Shown here piece by piece: positions 9,092-18,472 of a stretch of DNA of 64,000 bases (within the stretch, counting starts at the first letter, position 1; the number at the start of each line of letters is the position of its first letter). The position numbers and the translations under genes were made by a program. Origin of the DNA: Gammaproteobacteria bacterium (GTDB lineage: Bacteria; Pseudomonadota; Gammaproteobacteria; GCA-001735895); assembly GCA_029862005.1 (NCBI GenBank), contig JAOTYD010000006.1, positions 69,758 to 133,757 on the forward strand, read 5' to 3'. The notes under the pieces were generated by a model that ran no database searches, had not been told where the DNA came from, and was given only the letters and a program-made list of their open reading frames with translations.

Positions 9092-9426
9092 CCAAATTAT
9101 TACGTTTGTAAATCAGAGACTTAGTTGAAAGTACCCGGCTAAAAGGTGGCAATGCGGCAATCCGGAGAGGCAATGTTGCCACCTCATTGTTAGCCTTTCA
9201 GAAAGCAGTCACAAAACTCAACAGGCAAGTTCTGCACAGGTTAGGTGCAGTCGGTGACAGCAGCGGGTAAGGTCGAAGCAGCGGAAACTGTCCTGTTGAA
9301 TTGCCTAAAATCCGTAAAACGGAATCCTTGATAAAAGCTCCTCGTCGGATTCGACCCGGGTCGATACTATTTTTCTCACGATAACTAAGGATGTGTTTTG
9401 GCCTGATAATTGCATTGATTTTTATC

Positions 9427-10161
9427 ATGACCAAACAAATGATTCTGCAAACCCTTACGAAGTACCTATTGCAACTTGCGATAACCGTATGTTTCATACT
9501 GGCATCTTCATCGTCACTACTGGCTGCGGAAATCCAGAGCCTGGCGTCGATCCGCATGCAGACCGAATCTTTTATCGTGAATTATCCCTACCAAAGCCCC
9601 TATCCACCACGTTTTCAATTCAGCAAGCTGGATTCAAGACTGCGCCTCAAGGCCTGTCCCGAAGCACTCCATGTCGAATTTGCCCGCCGCGACCTGATTG
9701 CAGGAAACACCGCGGTGCGGGTAAATTGCCCGACCAAAGCCGGCTGGAAAATTCACTTGCCGGTACGCGTTGATGTATTCGAAGACGTCGTGGTTACCGC
9801 AAAACCGCTGCTGAAAGGTCAAAAAATTGACGCATCAGCCGTGACTTTTCGGAAGCAAAATATCGCGCAGCTGAGAAATGGCTACTATGTCAAGAACAGC
9901 AACTTTAATCAGCTGCAGGCCCGTCGCAACCTGAGTCAGGGCACGGTACTTACCCCGAAAAATATGAGTCCCAGGTTAATGGTTCGCTCGGGCCAGCAGG
10001 TTACACTGGTGCTGGATTACAATGGGCTGCAGATTAAATCGAAGGGTACCGCCCTGAAGTCCGCGACCCTTGGCCAGCTCGTCCGGGTACGCAACAGCCA
10101 ATCGCTGAGGATTGTCGAGGGGATCGTCTCGGGCGAGGCCCTGGTGCGGGTAAGCATCTGA
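9427..10161 (+). CDS. flgA: flagellar P-ring formation chaperone FlgA
   Basis: Signal peptide, LDSRLRLKACP, SAF-like region and G.ALKSA..GQ.VRVRN.QS.RIVEG. Divergent from flgB and upstream of flgM; start uncertain (9391/9427/9439). Confidence 0.9.
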   Translation: MTKQMILQTLTKYLLQLAITVCFILASSSSLLAAEIQSLASIRMQTESFIVNYPYQSPYPPRFQFSKLDSRLRLKACPEALHVEFARRDLIAGNTAVRVNCPTKAGWKIHLPVRVDVFEDVVVTAKPLLKGQKIDASAVTFRKQNIAQLRNGYYVKNSNFNQLQARRNLSQGTVLTPKNMSPRLMVRSGQQVTLVLDYNGLQIKSKGTALKSATLGQLVRVRNSQSLRIVEGIVSGEALVRVSI

Positions 10162-10183
10162 TGAATCCGGGCGCATTTAACAG

Positions 10184-10210
10184 TAAACTATTTTGTCACG
10201 CTGCCGATAA
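10184..10210 (+). promoter_or_regulatory. sigma28 (FliA) promoter of flgMN
   Basis: TAAA-N15-GCCGATAA exact consensus, 29 bp upstream of flgM. Confidence 0.9.
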
Positions 10211-10239
10211 GGTAAGCAGGAACCTCCAGGAGTCCAGCA

Positions 10240-10557
10240 ATGACTGACGCGATTAACACGCAAAACCGCCCGCGCAATACCGGGGTATCAGCGGATACCA
10301 AGGCTAGCGCTACTGCGAAAACCAGCCCGCAGACCGCTCAGAACAAGTCCAAAGCTGACGCCACGGGTGAGACGAGCACGGTTGAGCTAAGTACTACCGG
10401 TTTGATCGAGCAATTAAGCGAACAAATCAAGAATCTACCCGAGGTTAACGAGGCCCGCGTGGAAGCAGTCAAACAGGCACTGGGTAAAGGGGAATACAAA
10501 CCCGATGCCGAAGTCATCGCACGTAAATACAGTGAAATCGAGAAGTTACTGCCATGA
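10240..10557 (+). CDS. flgM: anti-sigma28 factor FlgM
   Basis: C-terminal PEVNEARVEAVKQAL..GEYK.DAEVIA.K, position after flgA, and the sigma28 promoter. Confidence 0.9.
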   Translation: MTDAINTQNRPRNTGVSADTKASATAKTSPQTAQNKSKADATGETSTVELSTTGLIEQLSEQIKNLPEVNEARVEAVKQALGKGEYKPDAEVIARKYSEIEKLLP

Positions 10558-11042
10558 ATAACCAACAATGTCGCGAGCAACTGACAGCACTGCTGGAAGA
10601 ACACAATCAACGCATTACCAGTGCCAGCGAGTACCTTGCTGGAATCAGGCAGGCGATCGCCGAGAATCAACTGGAGAGCCTGCAGGACTCACTGGCAAAG
10701 CCAGAGTTTGTGGTTGACGATATCGAGCAGCTCGAGCAGCAGCGTTACCAATTGCTGTCAAACTACGGATTTAGCCAGGATGCCGATGGATTTGAGAAAT
10801 GCATGGCCTGGTGTGACGATGGGAACCAACAGGTATCCGCGCTATACCAGCAACTGATACAGAACCTGGTGCGGCTGCAACATTCCACCCAGGTCAATAG
10901 TCTACTGGTTAACCGGGGTCGCGATCGGGTGCGACGCTCGCTCGGTATACTGACCGGGCTTGGCACCACGGGTACTTGTAAAACCTATAGCAGTGATGGC
11001 AAGCTTGGTTCCAGCGATCCGCGCGATATCGCAATCGCCTGA
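10554..11042 (+). CDS. flgN: flagellar export chaperone FlgN
   Basis: Helical 162-aa protein overlapping the flgM stop, with VN.LL and C-terminal TY..DGK motifs. Confidence 0.8.
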   Translation: MNNQQCREQLTALLEEHNQRITSASEYLAGIRQAIAENQLESLQDSLAKPEFVVDDIEQLEQQRYQLLSNYGFSQDADGFEKCMAWCDDGNQQVSALYQQLIQNLVRLQHSTQVNSLLVNRGRDRVRRSLGILTGLGTTGTCKTYSSDGKLGSSDPRDIAIA

Positions 11043-11173
11043 TCTTCGGTCCTGTCGTCCTTAACGGCAGCAACCCTTACCGATCACAATCGCAAGATAC
11101 CCGCCTTTAGGTGGATGAGCGCTTTTCTTTCTCAGGTTTCAAATCCCGGTCTGTGCAGGCAATCAAGCGAATC

Positions 11174-11201
11174 AAAAAAAACCCCATCGCGTAAATGGGG
11201 T
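11174..11201 (-). terminator. rho-independent terminator
   Basis: Minus strand ACCCCAT-TTACGCG-ATGGGGT-TTTTTTT. Confidence 0.75.
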
Positions 11202-11260
11202 CAACACACAAAAATATAACTGGAGGGTCTTGAGATATAATCATAAGCATTTATGCACCC
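11174..11260 (-). ncRNA. candidate small regulatory RNA
   Basis: Orphan minus-strand terminator with no minus-strand gene, preceded by a U-rich tract, a CCCUCCA motif and an ECF-type promoter. Confidence 0.45.
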
Positions 11261-11264
11261 TTGT

Positions 11265-11293
11265 TTGGGACCTGGGTCTCAGTTCCTGATTCC
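11265..11293 (-). promoter_or_regulatory. putative sigmaE/AlgU-type ECF promoter
   Basis: Minus strand GGAATC-N16-GTCCCAA, similar to the GGAACT-N16-GTC consensus. Confidence 0.4.
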
Positions 11294-11412
11294 TTAAAAG
11301 TAATTTAATCACAGATCTCCCGCCCAGGAGGCCGGCAATTCAATTGCCTGTCGATCATTTAAAACTCTGCCAGCGTCGTTATACTGTTCGTACCAGTATG
11401 GACGAAGCACCC

Positions 11413-12612
11413 ATGAACAAAGAAATATCCCTGTTACAGCCTTACCCGTTCGAAAAACTCGTCCGGCTGAAACAGGGCCTGAAGCCGCCCCAACATCTCG
11501 ATCATATCGCCCTGTCAATCGGTGAACCCCGGCATCTGGCACCGCATTTCGTAGTCGAGAGCCTGATCGCCCATTTGCACCAGTTATCGAACTACCCCGG
11601 TACCCGCGGCATAGAAGAATTGCGCGAGGCTATCGCGGCCTGGCTGACCTCAAGATACCGGATCGAACCGGGATTACTGGATCCCGAGACCAACCTGTTA
11701 CCGGTAAGCGGCACGCGTGAAGGTCTGTTTGCCATCGCCCAGTGCGTGGTCGATCGTAGTGCCTCGAATCCCCAGGTTCTGTTGCCGAATCCGTTTTACC
11801 AGATCTACGAGGGTGCTGCGCTGCTGGCTGGCGCAACACCGCGTTACCTCGACTGCCTGCCCGAGAATGATTTCCTGCCTGATCTTGACGACATTAGTGC
11901 GCGGGAATGGTCGGACTGCCAGATGATTTACATCTGCAATCCGGGTAATCCCAGCGGGGCGGTCATGCCAGGCCATTACCTCGAACGGTTGATCGAGCTT
12001 GCTCATCGCTACGATTTCGTGATCGCGAGCGATGAATGCTATGCCGAAATTTACTTTGACGAGCGGGATCCTCCCCCAGGCCTGCTGGGCGTTGCCGCAG
12101 CAATGGGAAATGACAGCTTCAGCCATTGCCTGGTTTTTCACAGCCTGTCGAAAAGATCCAATCTACCCGGACTGCGCTCGGGATTCGTCGCCGGTGACTC
12201 GGCAATCATCGAAAAATTTCTGCTGTACCGGACTTATCACGGTTGCGCGCTGCCTCCGGCAACCCAAACTGCCAGTGCCGTGGCCTGGCGTGACGAAACC
12301 CATGTCGTTGCAAACCGCGACCTTTACCGGCAAAAATTTGAGCAGGTTTTGGCAGTGCTTTCTGATACACTCGCGCCGCAGAAACCGCAGGCAGGTTTTT
12401 ACCTGTGGGCAAAAACGCCAGTTTCAGATACCGAGTTTGCACAGCGTCTTTACGCCGAGCAAAACGTAACCGTGCTGCCAGGCAGATTCCTGGCGCGCGA
12501 TCACGGCGGCCGGAATCCCGGCGAAAACCGGGTACGTATGGCACTGGTAGCTCCTCTGGACGAATGCCTCGATGCGGCCAAACGCATCAATTCACTGTTA
12601 ACGGTTCTTTAG
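11413..12612 (+). CDS. dapC: N-succinyldiaminopimelate aminotransferase
   Basis: Motifs [30 protein letters not shown] and the PLP-lysine motif [14 protein letters not shown]; upstream of dapD. Confidence 0.93.
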   Translation: MNKEISLLQPYPFEKLVRLKQGLKPPQHLDHIALSIGEPRHLAPHFVVESLIAHLHQLSNYPGTRGIEELREAIAAWLTSRYRIEPGLLDPETNLLPVSGTREGLFAIAQCVVDRSASNPQVLLPNPFYQIYEGAALLAGATPRYLDCLPENDFLPDLDDISAREWSDCQMIYICNPGNPSGAVMPGHYLERLIELAHRYDFVIASDECYAEIYFDERDPPPGLLGVAAAMGNDSFSHCLVFHSLSKRSNLPGLRSGFVAGDSAIIEKFLLYRTYHGCALPPATQTASAVAWRDETHVVANRDLYRQKFEQVLAVLSDTLAPQKPQAGFYLWAKTPVSDTEFAQRLYAEQNVTVLPGRFLARDHGGRNPGENRVRMALVAPLDECLDAAKRINSLLTVL

Positions 12613-12622
12613 GAGAAACACC

Positions 12623-13444
12623 ATGGCTGAAATTCAGCAAATTATCGAACAGGCGTTCGAAAATCGCGCTGAAATAAATCCCGGTAATGTCGATGCCGGG
12701 ACCAGGAATGCCGTACTCGAAGCAATCGATCTTCTGGATAGCGGGCGCGAGCGGGTTGCCGAGCCTGTTGCGGGGGGATGGCAGGTCAACGAGTGGCTGA
12801 AGAAGGCCGTGTTGCTGTCGTTTCGTATTCGTGAAAATCAGATCATGCCGGGTGGATTTACCCAGTACTTCGATAAAGTCGACTCCAAGTTCGACGGCTG
12901 TTCCGCCGAGCAGCATGCCGCCAGCGGGGTTCGAGTGGTACCGCCCGCCGTGGCGCGCAAAGGCTCGTTCGTGGCCCCGGGCGTCGTTATGATGCCCTCC
13001 TACGTCAATATCGGCGCCTATGTTGACAGCGGCACCATGGTCGACACCTGGGCGACCGTTGGCTCCTGTGCGCAAATCGGCAAGAACGTGCATCTTTCCG
13101 GGGGCGTCGGTATCGGTGGTGTACTCGAACCGCTGCAAGCCTCTCCGACCATCATCGAGGACAACTGTTTTATCGGGGCCCGTTCGGAGGTCGTCGAAGG
13201 CGTCATCGTCGAGAAAAACTCGGTTATTTCGATGGGCGTTTATATCGGCCAAAGCACCAAGATATATGACCGTGAAACAGATGAAGTGACCTTCGGGCGT
13301 ATTCCGGCAGGCTCGGTAGTGGTTGCCGGAAATTTACCATCTGAAGATGGCAGGTATAGCCTCTATTGCGCGGTAATCGTCAAACAAGTCGACGAAAAAA
13401 CGCGTGCCAAGGTCGGCATCAACGAGCTGATACGTAACATATAG
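12623..13444 (+). CDS. dapD: 2,3,4,5-tetrahydropyridine-2,6-dicarboxylate N-succinyltransferase
   Basis: Motifs [38 protein letters not shown] and GGVLEPLQA. Confidence 0.98.
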   Translation: MAEIQQIIEQAFENRAEINPGNVDAGTRNAVLEAIDLLDSGRERVAEPVAGGWQVNEWLKKAVLLSFRIRENQIMPGGFTQYFDKVDSKFDGCSAEQHAASGVRVVPPAVARKGSFVAPGVVMMPSYVNIGAYVDSGTMVDTWATVGSCAQIGKNVHLSGGVGIGGVLEPLQASPTIIEDNCFIGARSEVVEGVIVEKNSVISMGVYIGQSTKIYDRETDEVTFGRIPAGSVVVAGNLPSEDGRYSLYCAVIVKQVDEKTRAKVGINELIRNI

Positions 13445-13451
13445 ATCGAAC

Positions 13452-13805
13452 ATGGTTAACGAAATGACGCTCTACGGCATCCCCAACTGTGACACGATCA
13501 AAAAAGCCAGGGCATGGTTGGACGATCACAAGATCGCGTTCCGGTTCCATGACTACCGCAAGCAGGGTCTTGATAGGGAACAACTGCTATCCATGGTGTC
13601 TGCACTGGGCTGGGAAGCCATGCTGAATCGCCGGGGCACGACCTGGCGTGCCTTGCCAGGCAAAGTTAAGGACCACATCGACCTTGAGTCGGCGATTCAG
13701 GTCATGCTCGAGAACCCGACCATCATCAAGCGTCCGATACTGGCCACAGGTGATCAACTTCACGTGGGCTTCAGCGATGCACAATACCGGAAGATTTTCG
13801 GCTAG
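13452..13805 (+). CDS. yffB: ArsC/Spx-family protein (YffB-like)
   Basis: Motifs YGIPNCDTIKKA, LNRRGTTWR and PTIIKRP; lies between dapD and dapE. Confidence 0.85.
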   Translation: MVNEMTLYGIPNCDTIKKARAWLDDHKIAFRFHDYRKQGLDREQLLSMVSALGWEAMLNRRGTTWRALPGKVKDHIDLESAIQVMLENPTIIKRPILATGDQLHVGFSDAQYRKIFG

Positions 13806-13808
13806 GAC

Positions 13809-14939
13809 ATGGACAGTGCAACCCTGAAACTGGCATCAGACCTCATCGCAAGGCCCTCGGTTACGCCCGATGATGCCGGCTGCCAGGCGCTGTTGATAGA
13901 GCGGCTCAACGAAATCGGATTTGATTGCGAGACCCTGGTTTTCGAGGATGTCACCAACCTGTGGGCACGCCGCGGTAATTCCGGCCCGGTACTCGCCTTT
14001 GCCGGACATACCGATGTGGTGCCGCCTGGGCCACTGGAGAAATGGCTTAGCGATCCCTTTGTTCCGGAAATTCGGGATGGAATCCTTTATGGCCGGGGTG
14101 CCGCGGATATGAAATCGAGCATTGCCGCGATGATAACCGCCTGCGAGCGATTCATTGCGCAACGACCCGGGCACAGGGGTTCGATCGCTCTGCTGATTAC
14201 CAGTGACGAGGAAGGCAGGGCAGTTAACGGTACGGTCAAGGTAATTGAAACACTCGAGGCACGAGGTGAAAAAATCGACTGGGCGCTGATCGGAGAGCCC
14301 TCGAGTCACCTGCATGTAGGAGACGTTGTCAAAAACGGTCGCAGGGGATCCATCGGCGCAAAGCTCGTGATTCACGGGGTTCAGGGGCATGTCGCTTATC
14401 CACACAAGGTCGATAACCCAATCCACCGCGCAATGCCGGCTCTGCACGAGCTCGCTCGACACGAGTGGGACCAGGGCAATCGATTCTTTCCGCCCACGAG
14501 TTTTCAAATATCCAATATTAACTCGGGGACCGGTGCGCACAACGTGGTTCCAGCACATGCCGAGATTGTGTTTAACCTGCGCTACTCAACCGAGATCGAC
14601 GCGAAACAGATTATTGAAACCACCCGGGTAATCCTCGATAAACACGAGCTCGATTTTGACATCGACTGGTCGATTTCAGGGTATCCGTTCCTGACAGCCG
14701 AGGGAGAACTGGTCGCGGCAGCAAAGCAGGCCATCAAGCTGCATACCGGGCTTACCACCTCGCTGGAAACCACGGGCGGAACGTCGGATGGCCGATTTAT
14801 CGCTCCTACCGGTGCACAGGTCCTCGAACTCGGTCCCGTGAACGAGTCCATTCATAAACTCAATGAACATGTGAATACAAAAGAACTCGACCAACTGTCC
14901 GATATTTACCAAAGTATTCTCGAAAACCTGCTGTCTTGA
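13809..14939 (+). CDS. dapE: succinyl-diaminopimelate desuccinylase
   Basis: Motifs [34 protein letters not shown] and GGTSDGRF. Confidence 0.97.
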   Translation: MDSATLKLASDLIARPSVTPDDAGCQALLIERLNEIGFDCETLVFEDVTNLWARRGNSGPVLAFAGHTDVVPPGPLEKWLSDPFVPEIRDGILYGRGAADMKSSIAAMITACERFIAQRPGHRGSIALLITSDEEGRAVNGTVKVIETLEARGEKIDWALIGEPSSHLHVGDVVKNGRRGSIGAKLVIHGVQGHVAYPHKVDNPIHRAMPALHELARHEWDQGNRFFPPTSFQISNINSGTGAHNVVPAHAEIVFNLRYSTEIDAKQIIETTRVILDKHELDFDIDWSISGYPFLTAEGELVAAAKQAIKLHTGLTTSLETTGGTSDGRFIAPTGAQVLELGPVNESIHKLNEHVNTKELDQLSDIYQSILENLLS

Positions 14940-15844
14940 TCCCGTTAATCGGACGATTCGCGCCCTCGCCTTCGGGCCCCCTGCATTTCGGCTCCCTGGT
15001 CGCAGGTCTCGCGAGTTACTGTCAGGCGAAGTCGCAACAGGGCAACTGGTTATTGCGCATCGAGGATGTCGATACACCGCGTGTCGTCGCCGGTGCCAGC
15101 GAGCAGATTCTGCGCGATCTGGAAGCCTTCGGTTTCGAGTGGGACGGACCGGTCTCCTACCAGAGCGATCGATTCGAACACTACCAGTATTACCTGGACA
15201 AGCTCTTCGAACGGGGCGACTGCTACGCCTGCGAATGCAGCCGCAGGTCCTTGCGCGAACAGGGCGTGCGCAGTGGCCCCCTGGGACAGATTTATCCGGG
15301 AAACTGCCGCTTGAAACGACTGGTGCCGGCCAACCATTCTATCCGGCTGAATATCGAGCATGCGCAATCCATCAGGTTTGTCGACAAGGTCTATGGCGAT
15401 TTCACGCTCAACCTGCCCGAATCGGTCGGTGATTTCGTGCTCAAGCGGGCGGACAATATCTATGCCTATCACCTGGCGGTTGTGGTCGATGACGAGCTAC
15501 AGAAGATTTCCGAAGTCGTTCGCGGCGCCGATTTGCTGGAGAACACCTGTCTGCATATCTACCTGCAGCAGAGACTGGGCTTCAAGACGCCTGAATACCT
15601 GCATATTCCACTGGTCAATAATGCCGAGGGCCTCAAGCTCAGCAAGCAAACCGGGGCCAATGCCCTAGATCATCGCAATGCCCCGAGACAGTTACTGGCC
15701 GCGTTGCACCACCTCGGCCAGTCACCACCGTCGGAACTCGAGCACCGACAACCGCGGGAAATCTTGCAATGGGCGCTCGACAACTGGTGTATCACGTCGA
15801 TTCCGGTGCAGCGCCCGGAGATTGCCGAAACTTTTGAAAATTAA
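14936..15844 (+). CDS. gluQ: glutamyl-Q tRNA(Asp) synthetase
   Basis: Motifs [28 protein letters not shown] and KLSKQ; lacks an anticodon-binding domain. Confidence 0.93.
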   Translation: MIPLIGRFAPSPSGPLHFGSLVAGLASYCQAKSQQGNWLLRIEDVDTPRVVAGASEQILRDLEAFGFEWDGPVSYQSDRFEHYQYYLDKLFERGDCYACECSRRSLREQGVRSGPLGQIYPGNCRLKRLVPANHSIRLNIEHAQSIRFVDKVYGDFTLNLPESVGDFVLKRADNIYAYHLAVVVDDELQKISEVVRGADLLENTCLHIYLQQRLGFKTPEYLHIPLVNNAEGLKLSKQTGANALDHRNAPRQLLAALHHLGQSPPSELEHRQPREILQWALDNWCITSIPVQRPEIAETFEN

Positions 15845-15922
15845 CCGATCAGACATTTGTTGTGCCCGGTTCATTTCGCTGTAAACTATGGTCCTCGTCC
15901 GTCATTAAACCAGGTGCAAAGC

Positions 15923-16273
15923 ATGCTCAAATCTGCAGGTGACATGATCCAGGAAGCCCAGCAGCATATAGAATGCGTGGACGTCACGACGGCAAAGAAG
16001 ATATACGATGAAAATTCGGATGCAGTCATTGTCGACGTGCGCGAGGCGCACAGCGCGAACGAGTCCAAGCTCTCCAACTCGATCAATATTTCGCGCGGAC
16101 TGCTGGAAATGCAGGTACATAAGGTCTGTCCCGAGGCAACGACCGTCATCCTGACTCACTGTGGTGGTGGGGGCCGTGCTTCACTTGCGGCACACACGTT
16201 GAAACAACTCGGTTACGCGGAGGTTTACGCGATCACGGCACCGTTTGAAGATATCAAGGAAGTCTTCGGCTGA
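15923..16273 (+). CDS. single-domain rhodanese-like sulfurtransferase
   Basis: Motifs IVDVRE, INISRGLLE and active loop HCGGGGRA. Confidence 0.85.
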   Translation: MLKSAGDMIQEAQQHIECVDVTTAKKIYDENSDAVIVDVREAHSANESKLSNSINISRGLLEMQVHKVCPEATTVILTHCGGGGRASLAAHTLKQLGYAEVYAITAPFEDIKEVFG

Positions 16274-16281
16274 CCAGGTGC

Positions 16282-17496
16282 CTACTTGACCTGGTCAATC
16301 GTCAGAACGATTTTCTCGGGTGGATTGCTGCTGTCCACTGCTTCAAGCTCGGTGTAGAAGTCACCCGCCTGGGCCACCGGGTTGCCGCTGCTCGAGACCC
16401 GCGCGCCGACGATAACCTGGTCGAAGGTCGATAGCTTCATCGTCGGCATCATCGCGTCGTCGTCGCTCAACGTCAGCGTTGCCGGTAAATCGCTGAGTTG
16501 CAACTTTCTGACTGCCAGCGGCATCGGAGGTCCCTGCATCGCCTTGGCATAGATGAATACCGCTGCTCCGGGATTTGCCCTTGATTTAAGATCAGCGATG
16601 ATATCGACAACAACATTTAGTGTGGCCTTGTTGATCGCTTTGCTGGCGAGTTCCGGATCACGTTCTTCGAGCATCGCGATAAGATCCCTGATTTCACGGG
16701 TCGAATTTGGGTTGTCGGCGATCAACGGCAGCAACTGCGTCCAGTGTCGATGCGCCGTCTTGTAGTCCTGGCGTTGTTCGGCAGCCATTCCGGCCAGCCA
16801 GAGACCGTTCGGAAAACGGGGCGCGAGCTCGAGCCCCCGTTTAACCAATTTCTCCGGCTCACCCAGCAGGTTGCCATTGTTTTGCATTGCCAGAGCATCC
16901 GCGAGCGCAAACATGATTCCGGGTTCATCGGCAATCAGGTCATGGCTGCGTTGAAACGCGGTCACGGCCTGGCTGTACTGCTGCTTGCCCATATAGGATC
17001 TGCCCAGCATAAACCAGCCTTCTGCATCCTCGGGGTTGGCGCGTAACCTGTCCTTTATCGCGACGATCATTTCATCGAGCGTCATCTGTGGTGCTGCGGC
17101 CGTTTGTTGCGCCGGTACCGCGCGCGCCAGTTCCGGGTTCTTGATGACCCGGTACTCACCGTAAACCAGGTACAGCGCAACGCTCGACAGCGGTATTGCC
17201 AGTAACACTACGACAGCCATCCATTTGCCGCGTAATCTGTCACTGTCTGCTTCCTTGCCCTCCAGTTCCAGCGCGAGCGAGGTTTGTAAATCAACGAGTG
17301 CGCTGTCGTAACTGTCCTGGTCGATTTCGCCGTCGGCGAGCTGTGCTTCGAGCTGCCGTTTCTGTTCGCGTGCGATTTGAATATTCTGCTGCTGTCGTTG
17401 ATTATGCTGTTGCGCGCGGTTAGATCGAACCAGCGGCACCAGTAAAATGACGAGCGCTAGCGCGAGCAGCGCGATGGCGATAATCCAGAAACTCAT
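16282..17496 (-). CDS. ccmI: cytochrome c-type biogenesis protein CcmI/CycH
   Basis: N-terminal TM segments, TPRs (NPEDAEGWFMLGRSY) and C-terminal GPPMPLAV...LSDDDAM domain; last gene of the ccm operon. Confidence 0.9.
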   Translation of the reverse strand: MSFWIIAIALLALALVILLVPLVRSNRAQQHNQRQQQNIQIAREQKRQLEAQLADGEIDQDSYDSALVDLQTSLALELEGKEADSDRLRGKWMAVVVLLAIPLSSVALYLVYGEYRVIKNPELARAVPAQQTAAAPQMTLDEMIVAIKDRLRANPEDAEGWFMLGRSYMGKQQYSQAVTAFQRSHDLIADEPGIMFALADALAMQNNGNLLGEPEKLVKRGLELAPRFPNGLWLAGMAAEQRQDYKTAHRHWTQLLPLIADNPNSTREIRDLIAMLEERDPELASKAINKATLNVVVDIIADLKSRANPGAAVFIYAKAMQGPPMPLAVRKLQLSDLPATLTLSDDDAMMPTMKLSTFDQVIVGARVSSSGNPVAQAGDFYTELEAVDSSNPPEKIVLTIDQVK

Positions 17497-17951
17497 TTAC
17501 CCTGCTCGTTTTCTTCCAGCAGCTGTTTTGCTTCGGCCATTGCAGCGGCGTCCACTTCGACCGGCTTCTGGGCATTACGCAACCTGCGAACAAGCAGATA
17601 AAGAACCAGCAGCAATAACAGGAAAGGTCCCAGCCAAAGCAGGTAAGTCGTCGATTTGAATTGAGGACGGTAAAGCACGAAGTCGCCATAACGGGTGACC
17701 ATGAATTCGACCACCTGTTGTGGGGATTTGCCCTGCTGCAGCATCTCGTAGGTTTCGCGGCGCAGGTCACGAGCGAGGTCAGCATCGGAACCCGAAAGGT
17801 TCTGGTTCTGGCATACCAGGCAGCGCAGTTCGTCGATGAGTTTCTTGTAGTCTGCCTCCATCTGTTCAGACTCGAACTCGTAGGCCTCGATCGCGGCCTG
17901 CACCGGTACGACCCAGAGCACCAACATGAGCATCAGTAGTAGCGACTTCAA
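17493..17951 (-). CDS. ccmH: cytochrome c-type biogenesis protein CcmH
   Basis: Motifs LRCLVCQNQ and RYGDFVLYRP. Confidence 0.95.
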   Translation of the reverse strand: MKSLLLMLMLVLWVVPVQAAIEAYEFESEQMEADYKKLIDELRCLVCQNQNLSGSDADLARDLRRETYEMLQQGKSPQQVVEFMVTRYGDFVLYRPQFKSTTYLLWLGPFLLLLLVLYLLVRRLRNAQKPVEVDAAAMAEAKQLLEENEQGK

Positions 17952-18472
17952 CTCAGCAGCTCCCTGAGAACAGGCATAATTTTCTGCTCCAGCGATTCAT
18001 GCGTAACCGGACCAATATGCTTGTACTTGATCAGTCCGTCGGCGCCGATGACAAAGGTTTCCGGCACCCCGTAAACACCCCAGTCGATTCCAACTCGGCC
18101 ATCGCGATCGATAACGCTGGTGGCATAGGGATTGCCAAACTGCTGCAACCACCGGATTGCGTCATCCGGTTCATCCTTGTAGTTGAGCCCGACCACGGTA
18201 ACCAGGTTTTTGCGCGCAAGCGCCGAGATCACTGCATGCTCGGCACGGCAGGATACACACCACGAGGCCCATACGTTAAGTACCCAGACCTGTCCTGTCA
18301 TGTCCGCAGTCGAAAGCTGCCGGGTCGGATTATCCAGCATCGCCAGTGAAAACGACGGTGCCGGTTTATCGATCAGCACTGACGGCACTTTCTTGGGATC
18401 AAGACGCAGGCCGTAGCCGAGCAGACCGACCATTAGTACGAATACCGCAAGCGGCAGGATAAAACGATTCAC
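17948..18472 (-). CDS. ccmG: thiol:disulfide interchange protein DsbE/CcmG
   Basis: Motifs WASWCVSCRAEH and GVYGVPETF. Confidence 0.95.
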   Translation of the reverse strand: MNRFILPLAVFVLMVGLLGYGLRLDPKKVPSVLIDKPAPSFSLAMLDNPTRQLSTADMTGQVWVLNVWASWCVSCRAEHAVISALARKNLVTVVGLNYKDEPDDAIRWLQQFGNPYATSVIDRDGRVGIDWGVYGVPETFVIGADGLIKYKHIGPVTHESLEQKIMPVLRELLS

